From Octopus vulgaris (Eukaryota), in assembly GCA_951406725.2 (NCBI GenBank), contig OX597825.1:69068001-69132000 (forward strand): a stretch of DNA of 64,000 bases, given 5' to 3'. Under the pieces are notes generated by a model, which worked only from the letters and a program-made list of their open reading frames with translations, made no database searches and was not told the DNA's origin. The translations under genes and the position numbers were made by a program. Within the stretch, counting starts at the first letter, position 1; each line of letters starts with the position of its first letter. Positions 14,288-27,350 of the stretch are shown here, one piece after another.

Positions 14288-14675
14288 GTTACAAGGGAAG
14301 GCGCAGTGTCAGAATAAGGATACCAAGAGTGCCACCAGAAATCAAGACATGGTGGTTGATTGCAGCTGTTCTGGCTTCAACCGAGGACAACCCTACGCTG
14401 CGATTTATAGGAAAGACAGATAAGTTAAACTGGCGGGGGTTCGGTGTCGAAATGTGGCTGGTTGTCACATTTGAAGACATAGATTTCGGGGATCGAGTGG
14501 GCATTGCACCTCATTTTATACTCTGTTCATATTACCATTCGTTTCTTTTAATTTTTTCTATTCATATTTCATCTTCTGTTGTATTTTAAGTTCCCTGAAT
14601 TTGTCTTTGTATATGTTTGTCTTGTAATTGGATTATTTTGTATTTAGCCCCTTGTGGGTAATAAAATAAATAAAT
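14288..14675 (+). mobile_element. Internally deleted Tx1-like LINE (probable ORF1 piece joined to 3' UTR)
   Basis: GYKGRRSVRIRIPRVPPEIKTWWLIAAV...NWRGFGVE is followed within ~200 bp by the 3' end tttagccccttgtgggtaataaaataaataaat. Confidence 0.55.
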
Positions 14676-15062
14676 CCATGAATAGGTTAGTTATCTGGTG
14701 ATGAATTTAAAACCAGGTATTTGGAGCATTTAAGTTACCGGAAGCACCCAGAGATTGTGTAAGAATGTATAAATATATACATTAATTGTTTATTATTTTC
14801 GTATATGTAACTTGGTTGATCTTGAGGAATATATATGCATAGATACATGCATACATGAATAGGTATACATCGATGTCTGTCGCGCCGAAACAAGAGATCT
14901 GATGCGAGTTGTCTCATTCGGCTGTGAATTGCCTTCGGGTGTTTTAACACCATGGGCATTGAGAATATATTCTCTTACGCCTAAATAAAGGCAGCCGCCC
15001 GACCAACTAACAACACACAGACACCTCGTGTACGAATGTTTGATTATATATATATATATATA

Positions 15063-15248
15063 TATCTGTAAATGTAATATGTGACAATTATTCGGTAGCC
15101 ATGATAAAACTCCGAGTTTCAGATGTCGGGGTAGAAATTCAGACGGCCATCGGAAAATTGCTGATGGCCTGGATTTCCACCCCGACATCTGAAACTCGGA
15201 GTTTTATCATGGCTACCGAATAATTGTCTCATATTACATTTACAGATA
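15063..15248. repeat. 186-bp near-perfect palindrome
   Basis: Outer ~67-bp arms are near-perfectly complementary (tatctgtaaatgtaatatg...gtttcagatgtcggggt / accccgacatctgaaac...catattacatttacagata), with an inner ggccatc/gatggcc stem. Confidence 0.95.
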
Positions 15249-15310
15249 AATTCCTCTACTTACATAATATCAAAGTCTCTTCCTTTCTTTTGTTGTGTTA
15301 CCATTTCTAT

Positions 15311-15371
<61 letters not shown>

Positions 15372-16894
15372 TATATATATAAATAAAATATATATATATA
15401 TATAAATATACACACATATATATATACACATGTGTGTGTGTCTGTATGTATGTGTATATGTACATATTTATATATACTTTCTTATTGAAGCATGCGAATA
15501 TCATGCTTCCTACTTGTTCGAACTTTCTTGAAAAGGAGAGGGGAACACCAGAGTAACCACATCAATGGTAGGAAAAATAATACTCTAATACCGGAAGTAG
15601 AACGCATATATATATATTATATATATATGTATATATATATACATATATATGATGTATGAATAAATGTATGCAGGTATATACATATATATATATATATATA
15701 TATCTATATATATATACATATATACATACATACACACACATATATATATATAATATGTGTGTGTGTGTGTGTATGTATCTGTGTATACACCTGTGCATAT
15801 TAATATGTGAATGCGTGCGTAAATATGTATTTTAATAGGATTGTCGCGCTGCTTCAAACAATACACCTCATTCAATTTATCTTCTGTCATGTTTTACAAA
15901 AACATTTGATCTCTCCATTTGTAAAGCATCACACTTTGAAAGGAACCTGTGAGACATCAATATAATATACATATACTGTCTACTTTATTGACAGACTGAT
16001 TTCATTTAAGTTTCATTACAGAACACCAGCGCCAGTTAAATCTACCGCAGATTCTCTGTCTAAATATAATATATTAACCAAACCTTTTTACTATTATCGA
16101 TCTAAACCTGGTAGAATTCAAGTAGTTTGTTAATAATATATCATCGTCTAATGTATTTCAATGAACATACATCAAAGGTCTTGTATTTTGAAACGCCTCT
16201 TCGCTCTATCTGTTCTACATTGTCAAGATGTAATTCAGAAATCTCGATTAAAGTTATCCGTTTGATGGTCAGCGAAAACCGTGTATATTATAGGTCGATG
16301 GCTTTCATTGGTTTATGATTTCAACGTCAGCTATTTATGTACACAAACACTGCATACGTAAGGGAGGGGGATGAGACAGTGTTCAAATAACGGAACGCAG
16401 ACAAGAACACAAAGCAGAAAAATAAATATTAAAAAAAAAGGCTTTCTGAAGCGATGCAAATATGTTTATGAGTCAACGAATATGGACACTTTTGTATAGG
16501 ATTCTCACTCATAATTCACACATATCTAAGTGGGTCAAAGTGTGAAGTATGACCCGCTGAGAACGGCAACCAGATTTCTTCCCTCAACTCATATCACATC
16601 CAACGAATTTAAATAAAGAAGGGTCACATTAGGAAACGTAGATCCTGATACACAAGCAGTCAGGATTATTACAGTTTGAACACGTTTACATACGTTGTTG
16701 AGAGCGGTTAGTTTCTTGATCGAATAAATAAATCTTTGCATTTCACAGGACGAGTAAACCACGTACACACGGACATACACATATACATATGTACGTACAC
16801 ACGCACACACATACACACAAACGCGAACACATATAGTGGATTTCTATCCTTCCTTGATGAGGATTCATTTGTTTGATCAAATGAATTACCCACT

Positions 16895-17675
16895 CCTATT
16901 TCCTATTTCTTTACTACCCACAAGGGGCTAAACATAGAGGGGACAAACAAGGACATACAAAGGTGTTAAGTCGATTACATCGACCCCAGTGCGTAACTGG
17001 TACTTAATTCATCGACCTCGAAAGATTGAAAGACAAAGTCTACCTCGGTGGAATTTGAACTCAGAACGTAGCATCAGACGAAATACCTATTTCTTTACTA
17101 CCCACAAGGGGCTAAATACAGAAAGGGACACAGAAAACAAGGAGAGAAACCTAATTCGGGGACGATAAATTAAGTACCAGTTACGCAATGGGGTCGATGC
17201 AATCGGCTTAATCCCTTTGTCTGTCTTTGTTTGTCCCCTCTATGTTTATCCCCTTGTGGGCAATAAAGAAATAAGAATCATTAGCATGCCAGGTGAAATG
17301 CTTAACGGTATTTCGTCTGCCGTTACGTCCTGAGTTCAAATTCCGCCGAGGTTGACTTTGCCTTTCATCCTTTCGGGGTCGATTAAATAAGTACCAGTTA
17401 CGCACTGGGGTCGATATAATCGACTTAATCCCTTTGTCTGTCCTTGTTTGTTCTCTCTGTCTTTAGCCCCTTGTGGGTAGTAAAGAAATAGGTATTTCGT
17501 CTGCCGTTACATTCTGAGTTCAAATTCTGCCGAGGTCAACTTTGCCTTTCATCCTTTCGGGGTCGATTAAATAAGTACCAGTTACGCACTGGGGTCGATG
17601 AAATCGACTTAATCTCTTTGTCTGTCCTTGTTTGTCCCCTTCATGTTTAGCCTCCTGTGGGTAATAAAGAAATAT
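16895..17675. mobile_element. Cluster of multimeric family-A SINE units, minus then plus
   Basis: Repeated units are joined at aaagaaata|ggtatttcgtc and aaagaaata|agaatcattagc. Confidence 0.85.
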
Positions 17676-18217
17676 ATATGTATGTATTAAAAATAAAAAT
17701 AAAAACGAGAATTAGTCACAAGTAGTGAAGATATTGTTTATTTATATTCTATAATATCTATTTAAACACTTTAACTCCAATTTATCATTGTCGATCCATT
17801 CAAATGTTTAAGAAATATTTTATTCTGCTCAATACAATCCATTGCTTAGTAAATTCCACCAGACTCACACTCACTACCCACAAACCACGTTTTAAGCCCA
17901 CGTATTTAACAAATTCTGGAGAACTTGTAATATGAAGAAAACTGAACACGCTATATGCATCAAAATCTCTGTCAACTTTTCCGTACATCACATACATACA
18001 CACATAGCCGAAGTTCGATGACTTAAACCATTACGATAATAATTTCCATTAATAAAATACAATTATATGTGTGTATGAGTGTATGTATTTTCACGTGTTT
18101 ATGTGTTGTGTGGTTTTGCATGCTTCTATGTTTGTATACGTGATGTGTGTGTATATCCATCTATTTATATAAATGCATATGTGTCTGTCTATATTTACAT
18201 GTATATATACGTTTATG

Positions 18218-18265
<48 letters not shown>

Positions 18266-18395
18266 TCTAAAGACATAAAGACAGAGAAATAGGAAGAGCA
18301 AAAGTGAGCCATTGTGAGGAAGGGACGAAAAGATATCAAAAGACAAGGAGAGAGAAAGAGACGGAGAGGAAGAGAGGAGAGTGAGAAAGTGTGTG

Positions 18396-18428
<33 letters not shown>

Positions 18429-19982
18429 ATGTGTGTGTGTGTGTGAGAGGGAGTGGGAGTGAAAGTGGGTTAAAAGAAATGATGGTCCGGGAGAGAAACG
18501 CATTGAATTTTATTATTCCGCTTTTGAATTTCCATCGTATCTTCACTCTGCTTCACTTGCTCAATACTCGGTCGCCTGATAATCCACATCTATTCATAGA
18601 CATCATCCAGTATGCTCAAGTGATTATGACCGCTCTCCAATGTAAGAAATTCCTTTGTTATACAGATACGATACAACCTATGCTACATTTATTCGGAATG
18701 ATCAAGACTTCGCTTTCAAACTATGCAAATTCATTGGACCGTGTAAATATTTAACGATTTCGATATATCACTTTTTTCTTTTCCTTTATTTTTTTCTTTT
18801 ACATACATATCAATTTATTACGTACCATTTCTCTGTCAATTTTTTTATCACGCCACAAAAAGGTTCGCCGCTTCGTTGCAGTCACTCTAGAGAATATCTA
18901 GACACATTAAAAAAGTCGGTTATATAAGACGTAGTTTATCATTTTGTTAATTGCTGCATCACATTAGCAGCTGATCTGACCTGACCAACGCGGTAATGTG
19001 GTTGGGGTAGCAGATTTAAGATCGAAGGTTCGATATGTTTAGACCAATTGACAAGACAAGACAATTGACAAACAAACCTTCATCTGATCCGTAGTAGGTA
19101 GTTTGATCCTATGAGAAGGAGGTCATAATTCCTGGGGTTACTGTAATGCTTATGATCGTATCTCTTGCTTTGCGTGGCAAAATCTACTTCAGTTAGAAAA
19201 GGTTGGTGAGACTGACATACAATACAAACACACTTACACTTAGAGAAACAGAAAGGCAGACAGCCACAAACATACACACACACATACACATACTGGCACT
19301 TCGTCGGTTACGACGACGAGGGCTCCAATTGATCCAATCAATGGAACAGCCTGCTCGTGAAATTAACGCGCAAGTGGCTGAGCACTCCATACCTATTTCT
19401 TTACTACCTACTGGGGGCTAAACACAGAGAGGACAAACAAGGACAGACAAACAGATTAAGTCGATTATATCGACCCCAGTGCGTAACTGGTACTTAATTT
19501 ATCGACCCCGAAAGGATGAACGGCAAAGTCGACCTCGGCGGAATTTGAACTCTGAACGTAACGGCAGCCGAAATATGGCTACGCATTTCGCCTGGCGTGC
19601 TAACGTTTCTGCCAGCTCGCCGCCTTACAGACACTCATACCCTTAACGTAATTCTCAGGGAGACTCATCGTGACCCCAGAATGTGACAAGGCTGGCCTTA
19701 AACTAATGAGTAAGCAAAATAACGAGTCAGAGTAATGCCTGACTCCACAGTCTTATCTGTGACGATCTTTTGCAAAGTTTGGCCTTTTTGAAATACAGGT
19801 GTTATTCATTTTTGCCAACTGAGTGGACTGGAGCAACGTGAAATAAAGTATCTTGCACGAGGACAGCACGCGCCGCCGGGAAAAAGAGAAGCAACGGAGT
19901 GAGAGAGAAGGCTGAATGTAGGTGTTAACCACATAGTCATGCCTACACCTATTGCCATACATCCACACACGCGCCTATATAC

Positions 19983-20041
<59 letters not shown>

Positions 20042-20105
20042 TATATATATATATATGCATATATATATATATATGTGCATATATATATATATGCATATAT
20101 ATATA

Positions 20106-20417
20106 TTCAATTCAATTCAATTCAATTTTTATTGGCTCAAAAAGCAAAAGCAAGGCCATGTAGGGGGACAAGGAGTTATGTACAGAGAGGGTGGTCATAC
20201 AAGGAGTTCAGGCCATTTCTGGTCAAGAGAGACTTTGAACCGAACGGTCGTCGGCATCTTCACTATCTCGTCCGGCAGCTTATTGCACGGATCCGCAACC
20301 CGGACGGAGAAAGCCCCTCTCCTTCGATTGAAATGAAATCGTCGTAGATAGAGCTTTTCAGAGTGACCCCGCAGCCCAAGCTCTGGAGCGGGAGTGAAGA
20401 ACAGCTCTTTCGAGAGC
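20106..20417 (-). mobile_element. CR1-clade LINE 3' end
   Basis: Minus strand reads [60 protein letters not shown]. It ends in aataaa and an (AATTG)n tail. Confidence 0.9.
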
Positions 20418-20420
20418 TGT

Positions 20421-20462
<42 letters not shown>

Positions 20463-21394
20463 GGACGGGCTTCCTTCAGTTTCCGTCTACCATGTCCACT
20501 CACAAGGCTTTGGTCGGCCCGAGGTTATAATAGAAGACATTTGCCCAAGGTGCCCAGCAGTGTGACTGAAACCGGAACCATATGTTTGTGAAGCAAGCTT
20601 CTTGCCATACAGCCACGCACACGCCTATATACATATATATGCGCACGTGTGTGTGTTCACGTGGTTTTTATGTTCTTGTTCGTCCCACGCTACTGGTTGA
20701 CAACTGGTATTCGTGATATAGAAACGAAAAGAAACTTATTAAAAAGACAGCATTCTTGATGGTACCCTAAATACATTAACCATGGCAACCACGTGGTTTC
20801 GGGTGCAGTCCTACTGCGCGACACTTTGGGTAAATGTTTTCTACTACACCATAAGAGTAACCAGCGCCTTTTGTGCCTTACGTGTGAAGTTTGCTGACGG
20901 AAAATATGTAGAATCACGTCGTATATATGTGTGTGTATACGTATGCATAAATTTATATACGCGTGTGTATGTGCGTGTGTTTTTGTTTTTGCGCGAGCGT
21001 AGTGTGTGTAATAACTGAATAGATTAGAATTTAATTATTCATTTTGCGTGAATAATACATAATAAATTCCTTGGGTGCAATATTGAGAATAGTTGAGGAA
21101 TATTCATAAAGAGGAGTTATTTCTTTATGTCTTTATATTAAAATGGTATAAAAATACTTTGTTACAAATGAATATTGATTGCGTAACTATAAATAAAGGT
21201 TATTTGTTTAAGCAGATGTCAGAATCTATTATCATTCTCCCTGAAATTTACAGATAAACAAAAGATGAAGATAGGTGTATGAACAACATGTAGGTGTATT
21301 TGTTTGACGCTCGGGAAAGTGAGAAAGTCTTTTAAGTTTCGAGCCTACGCTCTTTAACAAGAAAGGAATAAGAGAAAATAAATAGAGAAAATCT

Positions 21395-21825
21395 TTTCTT
21401 CTCTAAGCACAAGGTCTGAAAATTTGAGGAAGGGGGCCAGTAGATTAGATCAACCCCAGTATGTAACTGATACTTAATTTATCGACCCCAAAAGGATGAA
21501 AAGCAAAGTCTACCTCAGCGGAATTTGAACTCAGAACGTAAAGTCAGACGAAATACCGCTAAGCACTTCGCACGGCATGCTAACGTTTCTTATTTCTTTA
21601 CTGCCCACAAGGGGCTACACAAAGAGGGGACAAACAAGGACAGACAAACGGATTAAATCGATGATATCGACCCCAGTGCGTAACTGGTACTTATTTAATC
21701 GACCCCGGAAGGATGAAAAGCAAAGTTGATCTCAGCGGAATCTGAACTGAGAACGTAAAGACAGACGAAATACCGCTAAGCACTTCGCTCGGTGTGCTAC
21801 CGTTTCTGCCAGTTCACCGCCTTAA
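21395..21825 (-). mobile_element. Nested/dimeric family-A SINE
   Basis: A long-tail unit is joined to a short-tail unit at aaagaaata|agaaacgttagc. Confidence 0.85.
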
Positions 21826-22607
21826 ACAGAGAGAGAATATAAAGAAACTAGTGGATTTAGGAGTCAAGCATATTAGCTGTTTGGAAAAAAACAAAGATTT
21901 GATAGGAGAGGTAGAAAGAAGGGGCGATAATAAAGTATTGGTGATCCGAAAACGACGTGCGCGTGCGTATGTGTGTATGTGAGAATGTGTAAGTGTGTGG
22001 ATGTGTGCCTGTATAGGTCTGTGCGTCTGATAATGATTATCACAATTTCATAGATGATTATCGTCTCCTTGCAGTTCGTCGTTGGTGATAACGTTTCTGT
22101 CATTCCATCCAACAACTCTCAGACAACTATTCCCGCTGTACATATACATAGTCAACTGGTTAGGTCTTTACTTGTTGACACACTTTCATCGTCAAAGGAC
22201 TTACAGTAGATGGAATAACAAATGTGGTGGCCATAAAGAAATATCTGTACGTCACTGGATTGTAGTGAAAAACGCTCATGCAATACAAATACTTTTATTC
22301 GTATGATTAGTATCTAGTGGCAGGTCGAACCAAGATTACCAGTAAATATATATGGAAATAAAAACCTTCAAAAGTAACAAATATTCATACAGCACAAGGA
22401 GAGAAGACAAATAGACAAAATAAAACTAGTAAAAAATTACTGGATAATTCCAGATCGCGGATTTCTGATTTTGCATTTAGAAATGCTTTGCCTCATCATC
22501 TTTTTGTCTTCTCTCCTTCTGCTGTGTGCACATTAAATGTGGTTCTAGAGTCAGATTTTGGCTGCTATTTTCAGCATGGCGGTATCTCGTAGATACCCTA
22601 AATTATA

Positions 22608-22650
<43 letters not shown>

Positions 22651-22875
22651 TACACACACACACACACGTATACATATGTATGTTTATGTATGAATGTGCA
22701 TGTGTGTATATAGCAACCGGTCAGTACACATAAATTGATATGCTTACGCTTAACATGCACTTCAATAAGTCTATATTCTGTAATGTCGGAGGGTAATTGA
22801 GAAATTATATATATATATATGAGATATATATGTATAAATGAATATATTATGATATATATTTATATATATATATTA

Positions 22876-22921
<46 letters not shown>

Positions 22922-24691
22922 CTATTTTATGATATATATGTATATGTAATGTATAAAGAGATAGATATAGATAGACAGATATGCGCCTGTATACATGTGT
23001 TCACGCATTAATTGCGCAGCCAAGGTAATAATACTTTCATATCTAATTATATAACATACAAGGAAAACCAAGAATATATTGCACAATTTCAACTTAGGCT
23101 GCATTGTGGTTAAAGTGGCTGAAATATTAGACGCTGACATTCCTGTAATGTTACGCTAACATAATCAATCTTTACATGTAGTTACTGTCCTCTCTTAATG
23201 CGTTTGGCAACGCTGTATGCTGGTTAGTTCTAATATACTAATCAAAGCATAAATGGCACCCTGTATATTGAGAGTAAGAGACAATTTCACAATGTTCCAT
23301 TTTCGTTTTGCGAAATGCGGATTTCTAGTCAGACTAAATATAGTTTTCTGCTAGTATGTTGATATACACTAACTATGTATCTGTCTAAACCTATAAATAC
23401 ATATACAAACAAACATTCGTACATACATACACACACATAGTCACACACAGAGAAACACACGAACATATAAAATATATATATATATATATTGTTTTCTTCT
23501 ATTCATTTCCACGTTTCAGTCATTTGACTGCGGCCATACTGGAGCATCACTTTAAAGGGTTTTAGTCGTAGAAATCGACCTCGGGACTTATTCTTTGTTT
23601 TGTAAGCTTAGTACTTATTTTATCCGCCTCATTTGTTGAACGTTACGGAGACATAAACACATCACTATCGTTGTGGGGGACAAAATCAGACACAAAGTCA
23701 CACACACCCATATGCATATATATATATATATATATATACATGTATTAGCATATGAAGTTTATGATTAAATTATAGAGTGAATTTCTACAAAGTTAATCAT
23801 ATCTGTCATAAAATGGAGGAGATAAGATATCAAAAAGTTGTAAGAAGAGTATTCATGCATACGATCATTTCGTACATAGATATAAATTCATTTTCAGAAT
23901 TTGCAAATATCAAAGTACTCATCAGAGCAGAAAGGATAAGAACTTAAAAGAAAGAACAGAGAAGTTGGCCCTATGAGTTTCATGTCTATTTGTTCCTATC
24001 CCTGTATAATAGTGATGGGAGTCATGTTAATTATTTAACCACAACTAATGGATGAACGGTTAGCGGATGATATACATATAGAAATATCGATAACTTTCTC
24101 TCTATAGATTATTATAGATTAGCTAATTATAACTCCATATATGAAGAGTAGGGCGAGAAAACGGTACCGAGTGTAAAGTAAATCTAACTGTTGAAAACAA
24201 TACTTGGTATGTTTTTTAAAAAAGCAATCATAAGATGAAAAAAGTTTAGCATAAAGAAATTAGGTTTGTGAAGCTTATAACAGAAAGTTAATGTAGACGG
24301 TGATCAAAAATAGGGGAAGAAGAAGGAATTTGAAAGAATGAAGTAGAAGAATATTAAGGACTTGTTTACTCAAAAGCAGTATTTACGGCAACAGGAAATA
24401 ATAATAAAGGAGAAACCGGGGAAAAATAGTAATAGGATTGCAGTCATGAAGATTAACGTTGTATTATACGTACGAAGGCTACTTTTAAGAAAAGTAAGAA
24501 AAAGCAATTTAGGAGATGCAATAAGAAAAATATAGAAGCGATAAATTAGAGAGGGTGAAAAGAAAACGAAATTAGACTTCTGTAGGGGAGATAAATAAGA
24601 AGTAGGGATCCAAAAGTGAAAAACATTCTGAAAACACATCAATTCATCAAATTCAAAGAGAAACGCAAATCGCTGAAACGACTTCTGACAA

Positions 24692-25129
24692 ATGCGAAGC
24701 TTTACACAACAACTGCGAAACCAATGGTTAAAAAAATGTGGACGCCCAAACTTTAGAACAAACCCCAACCTATTGGAAGGCTCGCAAATCCTATTCAAAC
24801 AAGAACAGAAGTTCACAATTAAAATCAACTTCACTTGTGCTTCACAGAATCTAATTTATGTTATAATTTGTTCAGGTTATGGACAAAACTATATAGGGCA
24901 GACAAGTATGGCCTTAAGACAGAGAACCTCAACACATAAGGAACAAATACATTTCTCACAGTACAGTCAAATATATTTGAGTGAACACATAGAGGGATGT
25001 GCAGGTAATAACCAACCAAATTTCACAGTTATCTCAATCTACCAGTTCACAGAAAGAATCTCTGTACAAGAATGCTTAGATAAAGAGTGTATATTTATCG
25101 AAAAATACAGAACATGCCTGAATATGTAA
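24692..25129 (+). pseudogene. GIY-YIG endonuclease domain of a Penelope-like element (5'-truncated)
   Basis: ORF reads KCGRPN...NFTCASQNLIYVIICSGYGQNYIGQTSMALRQRTSTHKEQI...LSEHI...KECIFIEKY..LN. Confidence 0.85.
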
Positions 25130-25243
25130 ACTGTGTGTATTTTACTTCTTTCATTATATATAAATATAAGTCTTGCATATATATATGTGTGTATATATAT
25201 ATGCATAGATAAGCATATATAGATACAGTATATGCATATATAC

Positions 25244-25285
<42 letters not shown>

Positions 25286-25502
25286 ATATATATATAGGCG
25301 CAGGAGTTGTTACATGGTAAGAAGCTTACTTACCAACCGCATGGTTCCGAGTTCAGTTCCACAGCATAGCACCTTGGGCAAGTGTCTTCTATTGCGAGTC
25401 AATTAGGTAATCGGAAATTGAAAGAATCCTTTCGTATTAATATATATATACATATATGTATGTGTTTGTGTATATATATATATATATATAGGTATGTGTT
25501 TG

Positions 25503-25533
<31 letters not shown>

Positions 25534-25725
25534 TTGTGTATGTATATATATAAACATGCACGCATGGTAACGAGTCTGTCTGTGTATTTGTATGCATCTT
25601 GGTATTTGCCTGAAATAAAATATAATTTAGGAAATTGTGCATAATAAGCATTGTATGAGATGGATCCGTACGGTGTAATTTAATATTAATGATTGCATAT
25701 ATATATATATATATATACATATACA

Positions 25726-25788
<63 letters not shown>

Positions 25789-26394
25789 TGCATACAGAAA
25801 TCTATATGGACGCATAAATACATAAATATGTACACCAATAGATATTTAAATACACACACGTCATATATGTGTGTATTGTATTTAGCAGAAATTTCATTGC
25901 ATTTTCTCAACACCTTTAACTCAAGTAGCGGATGACATCTTTTGTTTTACACGCACGCATGCGCACACACACACATACACACACATAACACAAACACAAA
26001 CATACACACACACACACACGTATATTTACGATGTAATAAACGTAAAATTCGCCTCGTGTGATCAACGTTATAACACAAGCTATAAAGACATTTTATATTA
26101 TCTGAAAGAAGTTGGATTTATGTTCTCATATCTATGAAGTAAAATTGAAGTTCTTTTCTCTCTTAAAGAATGAAGAAAATAAGAAGAAAGATACATGTAT
26201 TCTTTTATTCTTTTGTTTTTTTTTACTCGTTTCAGGCATTCTGTTGCGATCATGTTGGAGCACCACCGTGATTTCTTTTACTTTTACATATCTCTTTCGG
26301 TGTTCATATCATCACACTTGCATGTGTTATTTTTTTACCTTGTTTTTTTTTTGCCCATTTGGTAAATGTATGTATATGATGCAAAAACAAATAC

Positions 26395-26682
26395 TGGGTT
26401 TTAAGGGCCTACAGCTGTTTAACTGTCTGCTGAAGCATCTGAGGAGTTTCCATGGAGTGGATGTAGACGTTTTCCAACGTGAACTTGACCTTTGTCTCGC
26501 CGAGATCCCGGATGAACAAATATCTAAGCAAGAAACTCAAACGAGGGCAGTAGCATCGAACTCCATCCTTCACCAGAAGCCGCTCCGACAAAGGTGGAAA
26601 GTGGAAAGTGGAAAGATGATTACAATGGCGGTGCTACAGCATGGCCACAGTGATTGGACTGAAACATATAAGAGAATGAGAG
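26395..26682 (+). mobile_element. CR1/L2-group LINE 3' end
   Basis: GFKGLQLFNCLLKHLRSFHGVDVDVFQRELDLCLAEIPDE...ASNSILHQ, then 3' UTR ggcggtgctacagcatggccacag...gactgaaac and a (gagaat) tail. Flanked by aatac on both sides. Confidence 0.8.
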
Positions 26683-27350
26683 AATACAAAGGCTAAGTAA
26701 ATAAAACAACCACAAAGTGTGCTATACATTTGCTCATGGATCGGTAGAGAGAAGAAAAAATTATCTGTTACGTTTCGAGAATTCACTCTTTTTCTTGAAA
26801 GAAAGAATAATGCTTGAATGAAGTCCTTATGAACCAGAAAAGCATCTCTGTTCATGTCAGGAATTTGGCAGATAAAGCAAAACCATTGAAAGTATGGTAA
26901 AAAATAAAACAAAGTTCCGTTATCGTGTTAAGTATTAATTAATACTATATCAACACAGATTAATGAAACATATGTTGTTGTTGTTGTTGTTGTTGGCATC
27001 CTTTTTGTCACGGGAGACAATGGAGTTGCGCATAAAATAATCTAGTCCGGCTTTTACATTTCATGTCCTAATACATCTCATACTATTTGGTAAATGTATG
27101 TATATTATGCAAAAAAAAAAAAAATACAATACAAGGCTAAGTAAATAAAACAAAGCTGCGCAATGAAACAAGTGTGATCATGATTTTGATTTTTTGATTT
27201 TGATTTTCCCAGTTTCAGCTCATGAGCTGTGGCCATGCTGGGGCACCGCCATTTATGATTGCAAACTTTTTCTACATATATTCAATTCCATGTTAATATT
27301 ATTCTCCCTGACACGTCAGCCTTCAGTTACATGTTAATATTATTACTTAC

